This document shows positions 9,828 to 20,385 of a stretch of DNA of 64,000 nt, in pieces. The notes below the pieces were generated by a model. The model was not told the origin of the DNA. It was given only the letters and a program-made list of their open reading frames with translations, and made no database searches. The DNA lies in assembly GCA_050115495.1 (NCBI GenBank), contig JASFQK010000024.1, forward strand, positions 1 through 64,000, given 5' to 3'. Source of the DNA: Phycisphaerae bacterium (GTDB lineage: Bacteria; Planctomycetota; Phycisphaerae; UBA1845; Fen-1342). A program made the position numbers and the translations under genes. Position 1 is the first letter of the stretch. Each line of letters begins with the position of its first letter.

Positions 9828-11210
9828 GTGAGCGCAGCCACCAAGCCCATCCAACCCACCGACGGCATGACCATCACCCACGACACCGTTTTCGCCCCGG
9901 GCGTGTACGTGCTGCCCGATGGGCTGAAGATCGCCGGCGACGGCATCACGCTCGACGGCGGCGGGGCGACGCTCGTCGGCGTGGAGCGCCGGGGGGCGGG
10001 CATCACGATCGACGGGCACACGGGCGTCACCGTGCGGAACGTGCGGCTGCGCGACTACTACCACGGCATCGTCGCCCGCAGAGCACACCAGTTGACGCTC
10101 GCCGCCAACCAGATCACGTCAACCGGCGACATTCCGGCGAACACGATCTTCCTCGACATCTGGCTGCCGGCGGCGGAGGCGTACGGCGGGGCGATTCTGC
10201 TCGAAGATGTGGACGGGGCGGCGGTCCACGACAACGACGTGCAGCACCAGCTCGCCGGCCTGCTGACGTACGGCTGCAAGCGGCTCGACGTTCGGCGGAA
10301 CAACGCGAGCTACAGCAGCGGGTACGGCATTCATCTGTTCGAGACGTGCGAGAGCGTGTTCGAGGAGAACTACGCGGACTACTGCTGCCGGTACGAGCCG
10401 CGCGACAAGCCGGCGCCGCGCGTCGGGGCGCATACGGCCGGGCATATGGGGGCGGACGCGACGGGTTTCCTGATCGTGCACAACTCGTCCAAGAACGTGT
10501 TTCGGCGGAATTTCGCCCGGCTTGGCGGCGATGGGTTCTTCCTCGCCGGCCGGAGCGCGAAGGGCGAAGCGGTGCCGTGCAACGACAACCTGTTCGAGGA
10601 GAACGACGGGTCGCTGAGCCCGAACATCGCGTTCGAGGGAACGTTCAGTGCACGGAACGTCTACCGCAACAACTGGGCGGATCGGTGCAACTTCGGATTC
10701 TGGCTCGGGTTCTCGACCGATTGCACGATCGAGGGCAGCCGCATGGTGCACAACCGCCAGGCGGGCATCGCCGTCGAGAACGGGGCGCGGTTCGAGGTGC
10801 GGGGCAACGACTTCCAGCGGAACCACATCGCCGGGATCCTGATGTGGTCGCAGTACGCGGAGACGTGGTTTGCGGAGTTGCCGGACCAACGCACGGCGCA
10901 CCACTGGCGCATCACGGGCAACAAGTTCTTCGGCAACGGAGCAGGGATCGCCATCCGCGCCGACCAGGAACACGGCATCCGGCCGTTGCCGCCGGCGATC
11001 TGCGGCAAGCGAGAGCTGCGTCCGCACGATCACGAGATCCGGGGCAACGACCTCCAGGACAACCGGGTCGGTATTCACCTGCTGGCGACGGACCGGGTGA
11101 CGATCGAGGAAAACACGTTCAACCGGAACGTGGAAGCCGACATCCGGCGGGAGGACGACCAGGATTCGCAGGTGGGCCCGAATCTGGGGCTGCGGGGGGC
11201 GTATCTGTAG
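9828..11210 (+). CDS. Right-handed parallel beta-helix protein (NosD/Beta_helix-like)
   Basis: Many GIxL...N-x-(F/I)-x-x-N repeats; no obvious signal peptide. Confidence 0.75.
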   Translation: MSAATKPIQPTDGMTITHDTVFAPGVYVLPDGLKIAGDGITLDGGGATLVGVERRGAGITIDGHTGVTVRNVRLRDYYHGIVARRAHQLTLAANQITSTGDIPANTIFLDIWLPAAEAYGGAILLEDVDGAAVHDNDVQHQLAGLLTYGCKRLDVRRNNASYSSGYGIHLFETCESVFEENYADYCCRYEPRDKPAPRVGAHTAGHMGADATGFLIVHNSSKNVFRRNFARLGGDGFFLAGRSAKGEAVPCNDNLFEENDGSLSPNIAFEGTFSARNVYRNNWADRCNFGFWLGFSTDCTIEGSRMVHNRQAGIAVENGARFEVRGNDFQRNHIAGILMWSQYAETWFAELPDQRTAHHWRITGNKFFGNGAGIAIRADQEHGIRPLPPAICGKRELRPHDHEIRGNDLQDNRVGIHLLATDRVTIEENTFNRNVEADIRREDDQDSQVGPNLGLRGAYL

Positions 11211-11234
11211 GGCGAGTGAACAGCGGCGTGTGGG

Positions 11235-11273
11235 GACTTCAGATCTCAGATTTGAGATCCTGGATTTGGGATT
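11235..11273. repeat. 7-bp-period tandem repeat (GACTTCA GATCTCA GATTTGA GATCCTG GATTTGG)
   Basis: Seen directly, between convergent genes; same unit as 4974-4996. Confidence 0.6.
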
Positions 11274-11440
11274 ACGCAGCCGTTGGATATCACTCGCCGC
11301 CCGGGAGGTTCGGACAGATGCGAAACGACGGCGGCCGGCGAGAGTGCCGGCCGCCGATCGGAGCATGATTGTCACCCTGCCGGACAGGCTGCGCGACGGC
11401 AGCCACGGGGCCGCGACGGGCGGCGCAACCGCTCCCGGTG

Positions 11441-12706
11441 CTAGGGCTTGTCGCCAGACTGAGGCTTGTCGCCGGTCCGCGGCTTGTCACTGGGCGTCGG
11501 CTTGTCGCTGGGCTCCGGCTTCTGGCTGGTGCGGGGGAGCTGCGGCGTCTGGCGCGGCTGAGCGTTGCGAGGCTGCATCCCAGGGATGGGATAGCGGGCC
11601 GCGTCGCCGGTCGGGCGCGAGGTGGCGCCGGGGACGCGGTTCCGCCGCGGGATCTGCCGCTTGACGACCATGACGTACAAATGCTGGAACTGGGGGTCGG
11701 CGTCGTCGGTGGTGACTTCGATCCTGATGCCGGTCTCGGGGATGGCGTTGTAGGGCGGCACCGTCAGCATGATCTGGATCTGGCCGAAGCGCTCGCCCTC
11801 GGCGACCGGCGCGGGCGGACGGATCTCGCAAGTCACGCCGGGATGATTGGCCTTGGCCTCAAGCACCTTGACGGGCGTGTCGGCCTTGTACATCACGCGG
11901 ACCGTGCGGCGGGACTCGGCTTTCGAGTCGGAGCTCATGAACACGCGCGACGGCGTAAGCGAGACGCGCGGCTGGACGCTGGCGAAGACGGGGATGGACA
12001 GCGTAGGCACTTCCTCAAGCCCGGTCTCAAGCACGACGTTGATGTGGTTCGTGCCGTTGCGCAGCGGAGGAACCGTGGTCGCCTTCAGCTCGAACTTCCT
12101 GCCCGGCTCAAGCTCCTTGAGCTGGATGTCGAACGGGGTGAAGTTCTGGCCCTCCTTGACCTTGAGGTTCATGGGCTTGTCGACGGTGCTCTTGAGGGTG
12201 ATGGTCACCGTCTCGTGGCTGTCGGCGTCGAGGCGGTGCATGGCGATGCGGTCGGATGGCTGGGCATCGACGATGGCCTTGACGGTGCCGTGGACGGGGA
12301 TGATGACCTGCGACTGCTCCGGGTCGTTCGTGGTGATGATGACCTTCTTGCTGGCCGGACCGGGGCGACGAGCGTCGTAGCGGATCGTGAAGGAGGTCGT
12401 CTCGCCGGGAGGCAGCGGGGTCCGGGGCTTGGAGGCGGCGGTGCAACCGCAGGTCGTGCGGAGGTTGAGGATCAACGGTGCGGTGCCGACGTTCTTGACG
12501 GTGAACTCACGCTCGGGCGGGGTACCCTGCCAGATCTCCCCGAAGTCGAAATCGGTGCCGCTGATCTCGATCTTGGCCTGGCCGGCCGAAGGCTGGGATG
12601 CCGGCGGAGTCGGCCGAACGACATCCGGATTCTGCGCCACCGCGAAGGCGACGAGACTGACTGCGGCGAGTACGCCGACGCATGTGCGAATACGTGACAA
12701 GCTCAT
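11441..12706 (-). CDS. Exported DUF1573 (Ig-like) domain protein
   Basis: Signal peptide; FDFGEI...F.VKNVGTAPL...TCGCTA...PPGET motif; further Ig-like domains; repetitive C-tail. Confidence 0.8.
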   Translation of the reverse strand: MSLSRIRTCVGVLAAVSLVAFAVAQNPDVVRPTPPASQPSAGQAKIEISGTDFDFGEIWQGTPPEREFTVKNVGTAPLILNLRTTCGCTAASKPRTPLPPGETTSFTIRYDARRPGPASKKVIITTNDPEQSQVIIPVHGTVKAIVDAQPSDRIAMHRLDADSHETVTITLKSTVDKPMNLKVKEGQNFTPFDIQLKELEPGRKFELKATTVPPLRNGTNHINVVLETGLEEVPTLSIPVFASVQPRVSLTPSRVFMSSDSKAESRRTVRVMYKADTPVKVLEAKANHPGVTCEIRPPAPVAEGERFGQIQIMLTVPPYNAIPETGIRIEVTTDDADPQFQHLYVMVVKRQIPRRNRVPGATSRPTGDAARYPIPGMQPRNAQPRQTPQLPRTSQKPEPSDKPTPSDKPRTGDKPQSGDKP

Positions 12707-12911
12707 CGGGAAACTCCCTCGGTAGCCACGCCGACGGCGCGGCCAACCTGGACCTTCGGATTTCCGGGCGGGTTGAGCGCCACCGCTACCCGAGCGGACG
12801 ACATTCCGGCGACGGGCCTCCGCGCCGGCACACTTCGTTATTCATCGGACGGGCCGGGGCGCTCGGGTGAAGCGCCGGCGCCGGACCGGCTCACCCCCGC
12901 CGAACAGCGAA

Positions 12912-12941
12912 GCGGCCCGCCGGGGCTTGCCGGCGGGCCGC
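12912..12941 (-). terminator. Intrinsic terminator-like hairpin downstream of tRNA-Ala
   Basis: GCGGCCCGCCGG/CCGGCGGGCCGC 12-bp stem followed by TTCGCTGTT on the minus strand. Confidence 0.65.
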
Positions 12942-12947
12942 CTGAGA

Positions 12948-13020
<73 letters not shown>

Positions 13021-13030
13021 AACTCCTCTT

Positions 13031-13058
13031 ATTATAAGTGTCCGGCGAAAGCGGACAA
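13031..13058 (-). promoter_or_regulatory. Sigma-70-type promoter of tRNA-Ala
   Basis: TTGTCC-N16-TATAAT ending 10 nt upstream of the tRNA 5' end. Confidence 0.65.
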
Positions 13059-13071
13059 CTCGCTTAACGTC

Positions 13072-13500
13072 TCATAATGCCGCACGAACACGCTCGGCAA
13101 GGGTGGCGAGCTGCTCGGGCGGGGCAGGCGAAGCCTTCCAGCGGTATCCCAGTCCGTCGGCCGGGCGACGGGGCACAATGTGAAAGTGCACATGGGGGAC
13201 AACCTGGCCGGCGACCTCGCCGTCGTTCAACAACACGTTGCAGCCCTGGGCACCGACCACCGACACGACAGCCTGAGCGACGCGGCCGAAAGCCTGGGCC
13301 AGAGCCGCAGCCCACTCGGCGGGCAACTCCGCGAGCGTTTTCGCGTGATGCCGCGGAATGAGAATCGTGTGGCCGGCAGCCAGGGGCTGAATATCCAGGA
13401 AGCCGAGAACGTGCTCATCTTCAAAGACACGCTGGCTGGGGATCTCGCCCCGAATGATCTTGCAGAAGACACAGTCAGCGGCGAGCTCTCCGGCGGCCAT
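13072..13500 (-). CDS. HIT family nucleotide hydrolase
   Basis: DCVFCKI, GHTILIP, QVVPHVHFHIVPR histidine triad. Confidence 0.93.
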   Translation of the reverse strand: MAAGELAADCVFCKIIRGEIPSQRVFEDEHVLGFLDIQPLAAGHTILIPRHHAKTLAELPAEWAAALAQAFGRVAQAVVSVVGAQGCNVLLNDGEVAGQVVPHVHFHIVPRRPADGLGYRWKASPAPPEQLATLAERVRAAL

Positions 13501-13505
13501 GAGGG

Positions 13506-14195
13506 CTACTCGTCCTGGGTCTCGCTCGGGGCGGTGGTCGGGGCGTCGGTCGGGGCAGCAACGGCCTTACGACCGCGACGCGAGCCGCGGCGCGGGGCCG
13601 GCTTGCCGGCGAAGACGGTGTACTTCACGCGGGCCCGACGCTTGCGCTCGGTCTTGTCCGTGGCCTTGGGGCGCGGCTGGTCTTCCTGGCCGACCCACTG
13701 AATGATGGCCAGCGCGCCGCCATCGCCGAGACGGCGATCGGCCAGCTTGATGATGCGCGTGTAACCGCCGCTGCAACCGCGGGTCTCGTTGCGCTTCTTC
13801 ATGGCGGGTCCGACATCAGCGAAGAGCTTGTGGATGACGGACTCGGCGGTGAACTTGACGCCGGCGCGAGTGGTGCTGGCGCGGTAACGACGGCCGGAGC
13901 GGGAACGCAGGACCTTGGCGCGCTTGGCGTCACTGAGCTTGTCGTAATCCTCGCGATGCTCCGCGGGAATGATGGACCGGTCGTTCAGAAGCGCGATGGC
14001 CCGCTGGCGGGCAGCGAGGCTGCCGTCGATGGCCAGGGTGACGAGCCGCTCGGCGAAGGCCCGGATTTCCTTGGCCTTGACGAGGGTGGTGCGAACTTCG
14101 CCGTGCTCGATGAGGCTCTGGGCAAGGTTGCGCCGGAAGGCCTCGCGATGCTCGGCGGTTCGGTTCAGCTTTCTACCGCGTACCAGGTGTCGCAC
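13506..14195 (-). CDS. rplQ: 50S ribosomal protein L17 (internal insertion, C-terminal extension)
   Basis: MRH...RKLNRT, TTLVKAKE, GGYTRIIK; position after rpoA. Confidence 0.95.
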   Translation of the reverse strand: MRHLVRGRKLNRTAEHREAFRRNLAQSLIEHGEVRTTLVKAKEIRAFAERLVTLAIDGSLAARQRAIALLNDRSIIPAEHREDYDKLSDAKRAKVLRSRSGRRYRASTTRAGVKFTAESVIHKLFADVGPAMKKRNETRGCSGGYTRIIKLADRRLGDGGALAIIQWVGQEDQPRPKATDKTERKRRARVKYTVFAGKPAPRRGSRRGRKAVAAPTDAPTTAPSETQDE

Positions 14196-14204
14196 AGCGT
14201 CACC

Positions 14205-15245
14205 TCAAATCTGCTGCGCCGGTTCGCCGGCGGTCACTTGGTTATCGCCAGACGCGGGCCGGGGCGCGACGTTCATGCCCAGCATGAGACCCATGTCCTG
14301 GAGTTTGGATTTCACTTCCATGAGGGAGGTTTTGCCGAAGCTGCGCAACTGGAGGAGATCGTCCTCGGTCATGGAGACGAGGTCGCCGACGGTGAGGATG
14401 CGCGCGGCTTCGAGACAGTTGCTGGCCCGGACGGACAGCTCGAGGTCGGCGATCGAGCGATCGAGCTTGCCGCGCAGCTCCTCGTCGACGACGGGGGCCG
14501 GGGCGTCGGCGGGGACGGCCGCGGCCGTCTGGCTTTCGCCGAGCTCGAAGTACTGGACGAAGGGGTTGAGGTGCTTACGGAGGATCTTGGCGGCCTCGAC
14601 CAGGCCGTCCTCCGGGCACACGGTGCCCTTGGTCCAGATCTCGATGACGAGACGGTCGTAGTTGACCTTCTGGCCGACACGGGTCTCCTCGACGCGGTAG
14701 CGCACGCGGGTCACCGGAGAGTAGAGGGCGTCGACGGGAATGACGCCGATCTCGGTGTCCTCATCGGTGAACTCGCTGGCGGGCACGTAGCCGCGACCGC
14801 GGGCGACGGTGAGCTCGGCCGAGAAGGGCACGTCCTCGGTCAGCGTAGCAATGAGCTGATCGGGGTTGGCCACGATGATGGCCGGGTCGCACTCGAAGTC
14901 GCCGGCGCGGACCTCGCCGGCGGTGCGACGCTCGACGCGCATCGTCTTGGGCGTGTCGGCGTCGAGGTCGACGACGACAGTCTTGATGTTCAGGACGATG
15001 TCCGTAACGTCTTCGAGCACGCCGGGCAGGGAACAGAACTCGTGGTCGGCGCCGGCGATGCGGACATGAGTGATCGCCGAGCCTTCGAGGCTCGACAGGA
15101 GAATCCGCCGCAGGCTGTTACCAACCGTCGTTCCAAAGCCGCGTTCGAACGGTTCGACGATGAAGCGGGCGTACTTATCGGTGCTGCTCTCTTCGTCCCG
15201 TACCACGCGTGTCGGCAGTTCGAGGCCCCGCCATCTGATTCGCAT
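14205..15245 (-). CDS. rpoA: RNA polymerase alpha subunit
   Basis: Start re-called at MRIRWRG (15245); [39 protein letters not shown]. Confidence 0.98.
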   Translation of the reverse strand: MRIRWRGLELPTRVVRDEESSTDKYARFIVEPFERGFGTTVGNSLRRILLSSLEGSAITHVRIAGADHEFCSLPGVLEDVTDIVLNIKTVVVDLDADTPKTMRVERRTAGEVRAGDFECDPAIIVANPDQLIATLTEDVPFSAELTVARGRGYVPASEFTDEDTEIGVIPVDALYSPVTRVRYRVEETRVGQKVNYDRLVIEIWTKGTVCPEDGLVEAAKILRKHLNPFVQYFELGESQTAAAVPADAPAPVVDEELRGKLDRSIADLELSVRASNCLEAARILTVGDLVSMTEDDLLQLRSFGKTSLMEVKSKLQDMGLMLGMNVAPRPASGDNQVTAGEPAQQI

Positions 15246-15303
15246 TTCGCCATGCCTCCCGAGATCGAGCTCTGGGCCAACACCAAACCTGCAAACGACG
15301 CCG

Positions 15304-15945
15304 CTACCGAGAGCAGAACTCAACGATGAGCTGCTCCTCGACGGGGATGAGGACGTCATCGCGGCCGGGCAGGGCCACGACGCGTGCTTCGAGCTTGCCG
15401 AGATCCACCTGGAGCCAGCTTTGCGGCGGGGGATTGGGCACGCCTTCGAGCAGGGCCATCTGGGCCTGCGCGTACTTGCGTGACTTGTCCCGCCGATGGA
15501 CGGCGATCTCGTCGCCGATCTGGACGAGGTATCCCGGCCGATCGACCTTGCGACCGTTGACGAGGATGTGGCCGTGGACGACGGCCTGCCGGGCGCCACG
15601 GCGGCCGGCGATAAAACGGGTTTTATAAACGACGTTGTCCAGGCGCCGCTCCAGAAGCTGGAGGAGGGCGACGCCGGTATTCTCGGGGGACTTCTCCGCG
15701 AGGGCGAAGTAGCGGCGGAACTGGCGTTCGAGAATGCCGTAGTGCCGCTTGACCTTCTGCTTTTCACGGAGACGGACGCTGTACTCGGAGCTCTTGCTCC
15801 GCCGCCAGGCGTGCATGCCCGGGGGATAGTTCTTGTATTCCTTCTCGAGGGGGCTCTTGCCGCTTTCATCGCGGATGGGCTTGAGCATCAGGTTGACGCC
15901 CTCGCGCCGGGAGAGCCGCGCTGTAGGACCAGTGTGCCTGGACAT
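15304..15945 (-). CDS. rpsD: 30S ribosomal protein S4
   Basis: [26 protein letters not shown]. Confidence 0.98.
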   Translation of the reverse strand: MSRHTGPTARLSRREGVNLMLKPIRDESGKSPLEKEYKNYPPGMHAWRRSKSSEYSVRLREKQKVKRHYGILERQFRRYFALAEKSPENTGVALLQLLERRLDNVVYKTRFIAGRRGARQAVVHGHILVNGRKVDRPGYLVQIGDEIAVHRRDKSRKYAQAQMALLEGVPNPPPQSWLQVDLGKLEARVVALPGRDDVLIPVEEQLIVEFCSR

Positions 15946-15948
15946 GCC

Positions 15949-16353
15949 CTAGACCCTCCGCCGCTTGCGAGGCCGGCACCCATTGTGAGGCAGCGGGGTG
16001 ACATCCTCGATGGACTGAATGCGCAGGCCAGCCGCCTGGAGAGCGGTGATGGCCGACTCGCGACCGGAGCCGGGGCCCTTGACGCGAACCTCTACCTCAA
16101 CGACGCCGTGCTTCTTGGCCTCGTTGGCCGCGTACTGGGCGGCGCGCTGGGCGGCGAAGGGGGTGCTCTTGCGGGCACCGCTGAACTTCTTCTCGCCGCC
16201 ACCGACGGGCACGGAGCCCGACGAGGACCAGCACAGGGTGTCACCGTTGGTGTCGGTGATGGTCACGTGGGTGTTGTTGAACGAGGCGCGAATGTGCACG
16301 ATGGCCTTCGCGACGCTGCGTTTGGCTCGCCGTTTGGATCCTGACTTGGCCAA
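15949..16353 (-). CDS. rpsK: 30S ribosomal protein S11
   Basis: [26 protein letters not shown]. Confidence 0.98.
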   Translation of the reverse strand: MAKSGSKRRAKRSVAKAIVHIRASFNNTHVTITDTNGDTLCWSSSGSVPVGGGEKKFSGARKSTPFAAQRAAQYAANEAKKHGVVEVEVRVKGPGSGRESAITALQAAGLRIQSIEDVTPLPHNGCRPRKRRRV

Positions 16354-16383
16354 TTGCCTAGCTCCCTTTCCGTACTAACCGCA

Positions 16384-16773
16384 CTAGCCGCGGTGCATTT
16401 CCTTGACGCCCTTCTTGCCGGCCACCGTCTTGCGCGGGCCCTTGCGGGTACGGGCGTTGGTGCGGGTGCGCTGGCCACGGACGGGCAAGCCGCGGATGTG
16501 GCGCAGGCCGCGATAGCAGCGGATGTCCCGCAGGCGGGCGATGTTCTGCTGCACCTGGCGGCGCAACTGACCCTCGACCACGTAGTCGGCATCGATGATG
16601 TTGGCGATGCGGCTGACCTCGTCCTCGCTGAGCTTGCCAGCGCGGGTGGCCTCCTCGATCTGGGCCTTGCCGAGGATCTCGCGGGCCCGGAAGGGACCAA
16701 TGCCGTAGATGCGCTGCAAGGCAACGTCGATGCGTTTTTCGTTGGGGATGTCTACACCGGCTACACGTGGCAT
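16384..16773 (-). CDS. rpsM: 30S ribosomal protein S13
   Basis: [26 protein letters not shown]. Confidence 0.98.
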   Translation of the reverse strand: MPRVAGVDIPNEKRIDVALQRIYGIGPFRAREILGKAQIEEATRAGKLSEDEVSRIANIIDADYVVEGQLRRQVQQNIARLRDIRCYRGLRHIRGLPVRGQRTRTNARTRKGPRKTVAGKKGVKEMHRG

Positions 16774-16794
16774 GTCTGGCGCCTCTCCTGGGGA

Positions 16795-16908
16795 CTAGCC
16801 CTGACGCTGCTTGTGTCGAGGGTTCGTGCAGATCACGCGCACGATTCCGCGGCGCTTGATGATCTTGCAGTTCTCACAAATTCGCTTGACGCTGCTGCGC
16901 ACCTTCAT
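16795..16908 (-). CDS. rpmJ: 50S ribosomal protein L36 (Zn-ribbon type; below ORF-track cutoff)
   Basis: Hand translation [37 protein letters not shown]. Confidence 0.97.
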   Translation of the reverse strand: MKVRSSVKRICENCKIIKRRGIVRVICTNPRHKQRQG

Positions 16909-16938
16909 CCGCTCACCTCGTGCCGCCGCCCGCGGCCG

Positions 16939-17736
16939 CTAACCTCCATCCGACAAAACGTCGGCGCCGTGCTCAGTCACGGCAATCATGTTCTCGAAAT
17001 GCGCCGCCAGAGAGCGGTCCTTGGTCACTACCGTCCAACCCGACGCATCACCATACTCGACACCCGGGCTACCGGCGGTGACCATCGGCTCGACGGCCAG
17101 CGTCATGCCCGGAGTCAGTTCAAAATCCGCATCGGCCTGCCCGCGGGCCCAATAGTTGGGCACCTTGGGCTCCTCGTGCATCTCGCGGCCGATACCATGG
17201 CCGACGAACTCGCGAACGACACTGAAGCCGCGCCGCTCGACGCTGCGCTGCACCTCGCGAGCCACACGGCTCCAGCGAAGGCCCGGCCGAATCTCGGCCA
17301 CCGCCACCTCGAGCGATTCCCGCGTCGCGTCCAGCAACGCCTGGGCCGGCGGTGCGATGCGCCCGACGCCGAACGTCCGGGCGGCGTCGCCGCAATACCC
17401 CTTCAGCCGCACGCCACAGTCGATACTGACGATGTCGCCCTCCCGCAGGGGGCGATCATCCGGAATACCGTGCACCACGGCCTCGTTCACCGAGGCACAG
17501 ATGCTCGCCGGAAACGGGAACTTCGCCTGCGGGTTCCGCACACCCAGGAACAGGGCCTCGGCACCCGCCTCCCGAATCATCTCGGCGGCCCGACGGTCCA
17601 ACTCCGCCGTCGTGACCCCCGGCTGCGTGAGCTGCTGCATTTCGGCCAGGATGCCGTATACCACTCGACCCGCGGCCCGGAGCAGCCCGATCTCACGCGG
17701 CGATTTCAGGACGACCCTCGCCGCCGTCACCTTCAT
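16939..17736 (-). CDS. map: Methionine aminopeptidase type I
   Basis: SVNEAVVHGIP, IDCG...GDAARTF, GHGIG..MHEEP, EPM, HFE. Confidence 0.96.
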   Translation of the reverse strand: MKVTAARVVLKSPREIGLLRAAGRVVYGILAEMQQLTQPGVTTAELDRRAAEMIREAGAEALFLGVRNPQAKFPFPASICASVNEAVVHGIPDDRPLREGDIVSIDCGVRLKGYCGDAARTFGVGRIAPPAQALLDATRESLEVAVAEIRPGLRWSRVAREVQRSVERRGFSVVREFVGHGIGREMHEEPKVPNYWARGQADADFELTPGMTLAVEPMVTAGSPGVEYGDASGWTVVTKDRSLAAHFENMIAVTEHGADVLSDGG

Positions 17737-18398
17737 CCTGCCGTGCCCAGCGAATTCACGATCTCTGCGACTTTCTGACCGACGGCGTCGGCCCCGACAC
17801 TGGCATCCACCGTGAAGAAGCGACCCCGGCCGGAATAGTATCCGATCAGGGGTGCCGTCTGCGCACGGTAAGTGGCCAGCCGGGTCGCCACGACGTCCTC
17901 ACGGTCGTCCAGGCGCTGCACGACCTTGCCACCGCACTTGTCACAAACATCCGCCACCTTCGGCGGCATGAACCCAGTATTATAAGTCGCTCCGCAATCG
18001 CTGCAAACCCGACGGGACACGATTCGCTTAATGATCTCCGCGTCGTCGAGTTGGAAATCCAGGACGGCGTTGACGTCGAGCTTCCGCTGCTGAAGGCCAG
18101 CGTCCAGGGCCTCGGCCTGCGGAACGGTGCGGGGGAAACCATCGAGGATGAAACCGCTCCCGGCCGGGAGCTTGTCCACCGCCGACAGCATCACACCCGT
18201 GATGACCTCGTCCGGAACCAGCGTGCCGGCCTTCATGTAGGACTGGGCCTTCAAGCCGACCTCGCTGCCCTCCTTGAGCTCGCGGCGAAGCGTGTCGCCG
18301 CTGGAGAGCTGGACGAAGCCGTACTTCTCGGCGAGACGCGCGGCCTGCGTGCCCTTGCCGGAGCCTGGAGGTCCGAGAAAAATGAGCCTGGCCGCCAT
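17733..18398 (-). CDS. adk: Adenylate kinase (Zn-LID)
   Basis: GPPGSGKGTQA, LDGFPRT, CxxC...CxxC LID. Confidence 0.97.
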   Translation of the reverse strand: MAARLIFLGPPGSGKGTQAARLAEKYGFVQLSSGDTLRRELKEGSEVGLKAQSYMKAGTLVPDEVITGVMLSAVDKLPAGSGFILDGFPRTVPQAEALDAGLQQRKLDVNAVLDFQLDDAEIIKRIVSRRVCSDCGATYNTGFMPPKVADVCDKCGGKVVQRLDDREDVVATRLATYRAQTAPLIGYYSGRGRFFTVDASVGADAVGQKVAEIVNSLGTAG

Positions 18399-18399
18399 A

Positions 18400-19779
18400 T
18401 TAGTACATTCCTTTCACGCGAGCGACGCCTTCCGGTCCGAGGAACCCAGGGTAGTTCCTCATGATCAGGTTGGCCTCCACGCGGTGAATCAGGTCGAGGA
18501 CGACACTGACGACGATCAGCAGACCGGTTCCGCCGAGGAAGGCGGAGACCCGGAAGGAGATGTCCATCTGGATGGCGACGATGGAGGGGATCACGGCGAT
18601 GATGGCGAGGAAGCCGGCACCGACGTACGTGATGCGCTCCATGACGGCCTCGAGGTAGTCGGCGGTACGTTTGCCGGGTCGGAGGCCGGGGATGAAGCTG
18701 CCCATGTCGCGCAGGTTGTTGGCGAGCTCCTTCGGCTGGAACTGGACGGAGGTCCAGAAGTAGGCGAAGAAGAAGACCATCGCCACGTAGGACACTTCGT
18801 ACAGGTAGCGGCCGGGCCAGAAGGTGTCGTGGAAGAAGCTCCACAAGCCCCGCGGCCAGACGTTCGCCCCATCGAGCCAGCCGAAGATCATCTGCGGGAA
18901 GAGCAGGAATGAGCTGGCGAAGATGATCGGCATCACGCCGCCGTGATTCACCCGTAACGGGAGGTAGTGGCGCTGGCCACCGACCACGCGGCGACCGCGG
19001 GTCTGCTTAGCCTGCTGGATGGGGATGCGGCGCTGGGCCTGGGTGATGAGGATGGCCCCGGCGACGACGGCGACGAAGGAGATCACCAGGAAGATGACCT
19101 TCTCGGCGGTCATGGCGTCGGAGGCGGCCGCACTGCCACGGCTGGCCCAGAACCCGCGGGTAACCTCGAACAGGACGTTCGGCAGGCGGGCGATGATGCC
19201 GGCCATGATGATCAGACTGATGCCGTTACCGATACCGTACTCGTCGATCTGCTCGCCGATCCACATCAGGATGAGCGTGCCGGCCATGAGGGCCGTGATG
19301 GCGGTGAGGTAGAAAGTACCGGTGCGGGCGAAGTCTTCGTGGACCAGGCTGGCCTCGCCGCTGTTCAGATAGCGTACCCAGAACACGGCCTGGATGAAAC
19401 AGAGCAGGACCGTGAGATAGCGGGTGTATTCCTGGATCTTGCGGCGGCCGGTCTCGCCCTCCTTCTGGAGTTTCTCGAGGGAGGGCAGAACGGTAACGAG
19501 GAGCTGGAGAATGATCGATGCGCTGATGTAGGGCATGATGCCCAGACCGAACATGGTGCTCTGGCCGAGGTCACCGCCGGTGAACATGGAGAACAGCTCG
19601 GCGGCCTGCTCGGCAGCACCGCCACCGCCGCCCTGCCAGTGGCGAGACAGGGCTTCCTGATTCACGCCGGGCAGAGGGACGTAGTAGCCGATGCGATAGA
19701 CGCAGAGCATCATCAAGGTGAAGAGCACCTTCTTGCGGAGGTCGGGGATGCGGAAGACGTTAATGAAGGCACGGATCAT
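18400..19779 (-). CDS. secY: Preprotein translocase SecY
   Basis: LGIMPYISASII, GIGNGISL, FIPGLRPG, GGTGLLIVV. Confidence 0.98.
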   Translation of the reverse strand: MIRAFINVFRIPDLRKKVLFTLMMLCVYRIGYYVPLPGVNQEALSRHWQGGGGGAAEQAAELFSMFTGGDLGQSTMFGLGIMPYISASIILQLLVTVLPSLEKLQKEGETGRRKIQEYTRYLTVLLCFIQAVFWVRYLNSGEASLVHEDFARTGTFYLTAITALMAGTLILMWIGEQIDEYGIGNGISLIIMAGIIARLPNVLFEVTRGFWASRGSAAASDAMTAEKVIFLVISFVAVVAGAILITQAQRRIPIQQAKQTRGRRVVGGQRHYLPLRVNHGGVMPIIFASSFLLFPQMIFGWLDGANVWPRGLWSFFHDTFWPGRYLYEVSYVAMVFFFAYFWTSVQFQPKELANNLRDMGSFIPGLRPGKRTADYLEAVMERITYVGAGFLAIIAVIPSIVAIQMDISFRVSAFLGGTGLLIVVSVVLDLIHRVEANLIMRNYPGFLGPEGVARVKGMY

Positions 19780-19809
19780 TGGGGCTCAACCTCGCTTACG
19801 ACTCCGCGA

Positions 19810-20385
19810 TCACGCTCCGCTATCGGCCTGAGGCTCGGCTTCACCAGCGGCGGGCTTGGCCGCGGGCTTGGCGGCCGGTTTCCGGCCACTGCCCTTGGCG
19901 GTGTTTCGTTTGGCCGCCGCCTGCTTGGCGGGGTCCGCGCGCTCGATGAGGGTAACGCTTCCGCCGGCCTTCTCGATGGCCTCGCGGGCCTTGCCGCTGA
20001 AGGCGTGGGCGGAGATGGACAGCTTCCGTTCGAGCGTGCCCTTGGCCAGGATGCGTACGGCAGTGCCGGTCCGCACGAGCCGGTGGGCGCGCAGGGTTTC
20101 GGGGTCGACCGTGTCGCCGTCGGCAAAGCGCTCGTTGAGCGTGCCCACGTTGACGACCTCATACCGGGTGGCGAACTGGAAGTTGCTGAAGCCGCGCTTG
20201 GGCAGGCGACGGAAGAGGGGCATCTGCCCGCCTTCGGTCAGGGGGCGCGCCGCGCCGCCGGCGCGGGACTGCAAGCCCTTGTGGCCGCGGCCGCAGGTCT
20301 TGCCCTTGCCGCTGCCGTTGCCGCGGCCGACGCGCATGCGCCGCTTGTTCCGGCCGCCCTTGGCGGTTACGTCGTTAATCATCAT
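19810..20385 (-). CDS. rplO: 50S ribosomal protein L15
   Basis: RVGRGNGSGKGKT.GRGHKG, EGGQMPLFRRLPKRGF. Confidence 0.97.
   Translation of the reverse strand: MMINDVTAKGGRNKRRMRVGRGNGSGKGKTCGRGHKGLQSRAGGAARPLTEGGQMPLFRRLPKRGFSNFQFATRYEVVNVGTLNERFADGDTVDPETLRAHRLVRTGTAVRILAKGTLERKLSISAHAFSGKAREAIEKAGGSVTLIERADPAKQAAAKRNTAKGSGRKPAAKPAAKPAAGEAEPQADSGA

Noticed and set aside
15246..15869. Apparent N-terminal extension of RpoA (also the long extensions on PhoH, Aat and the barrel protein)
   Set aside because: Overlap other genes or intergenic DNA; conserved starts lie downstream.
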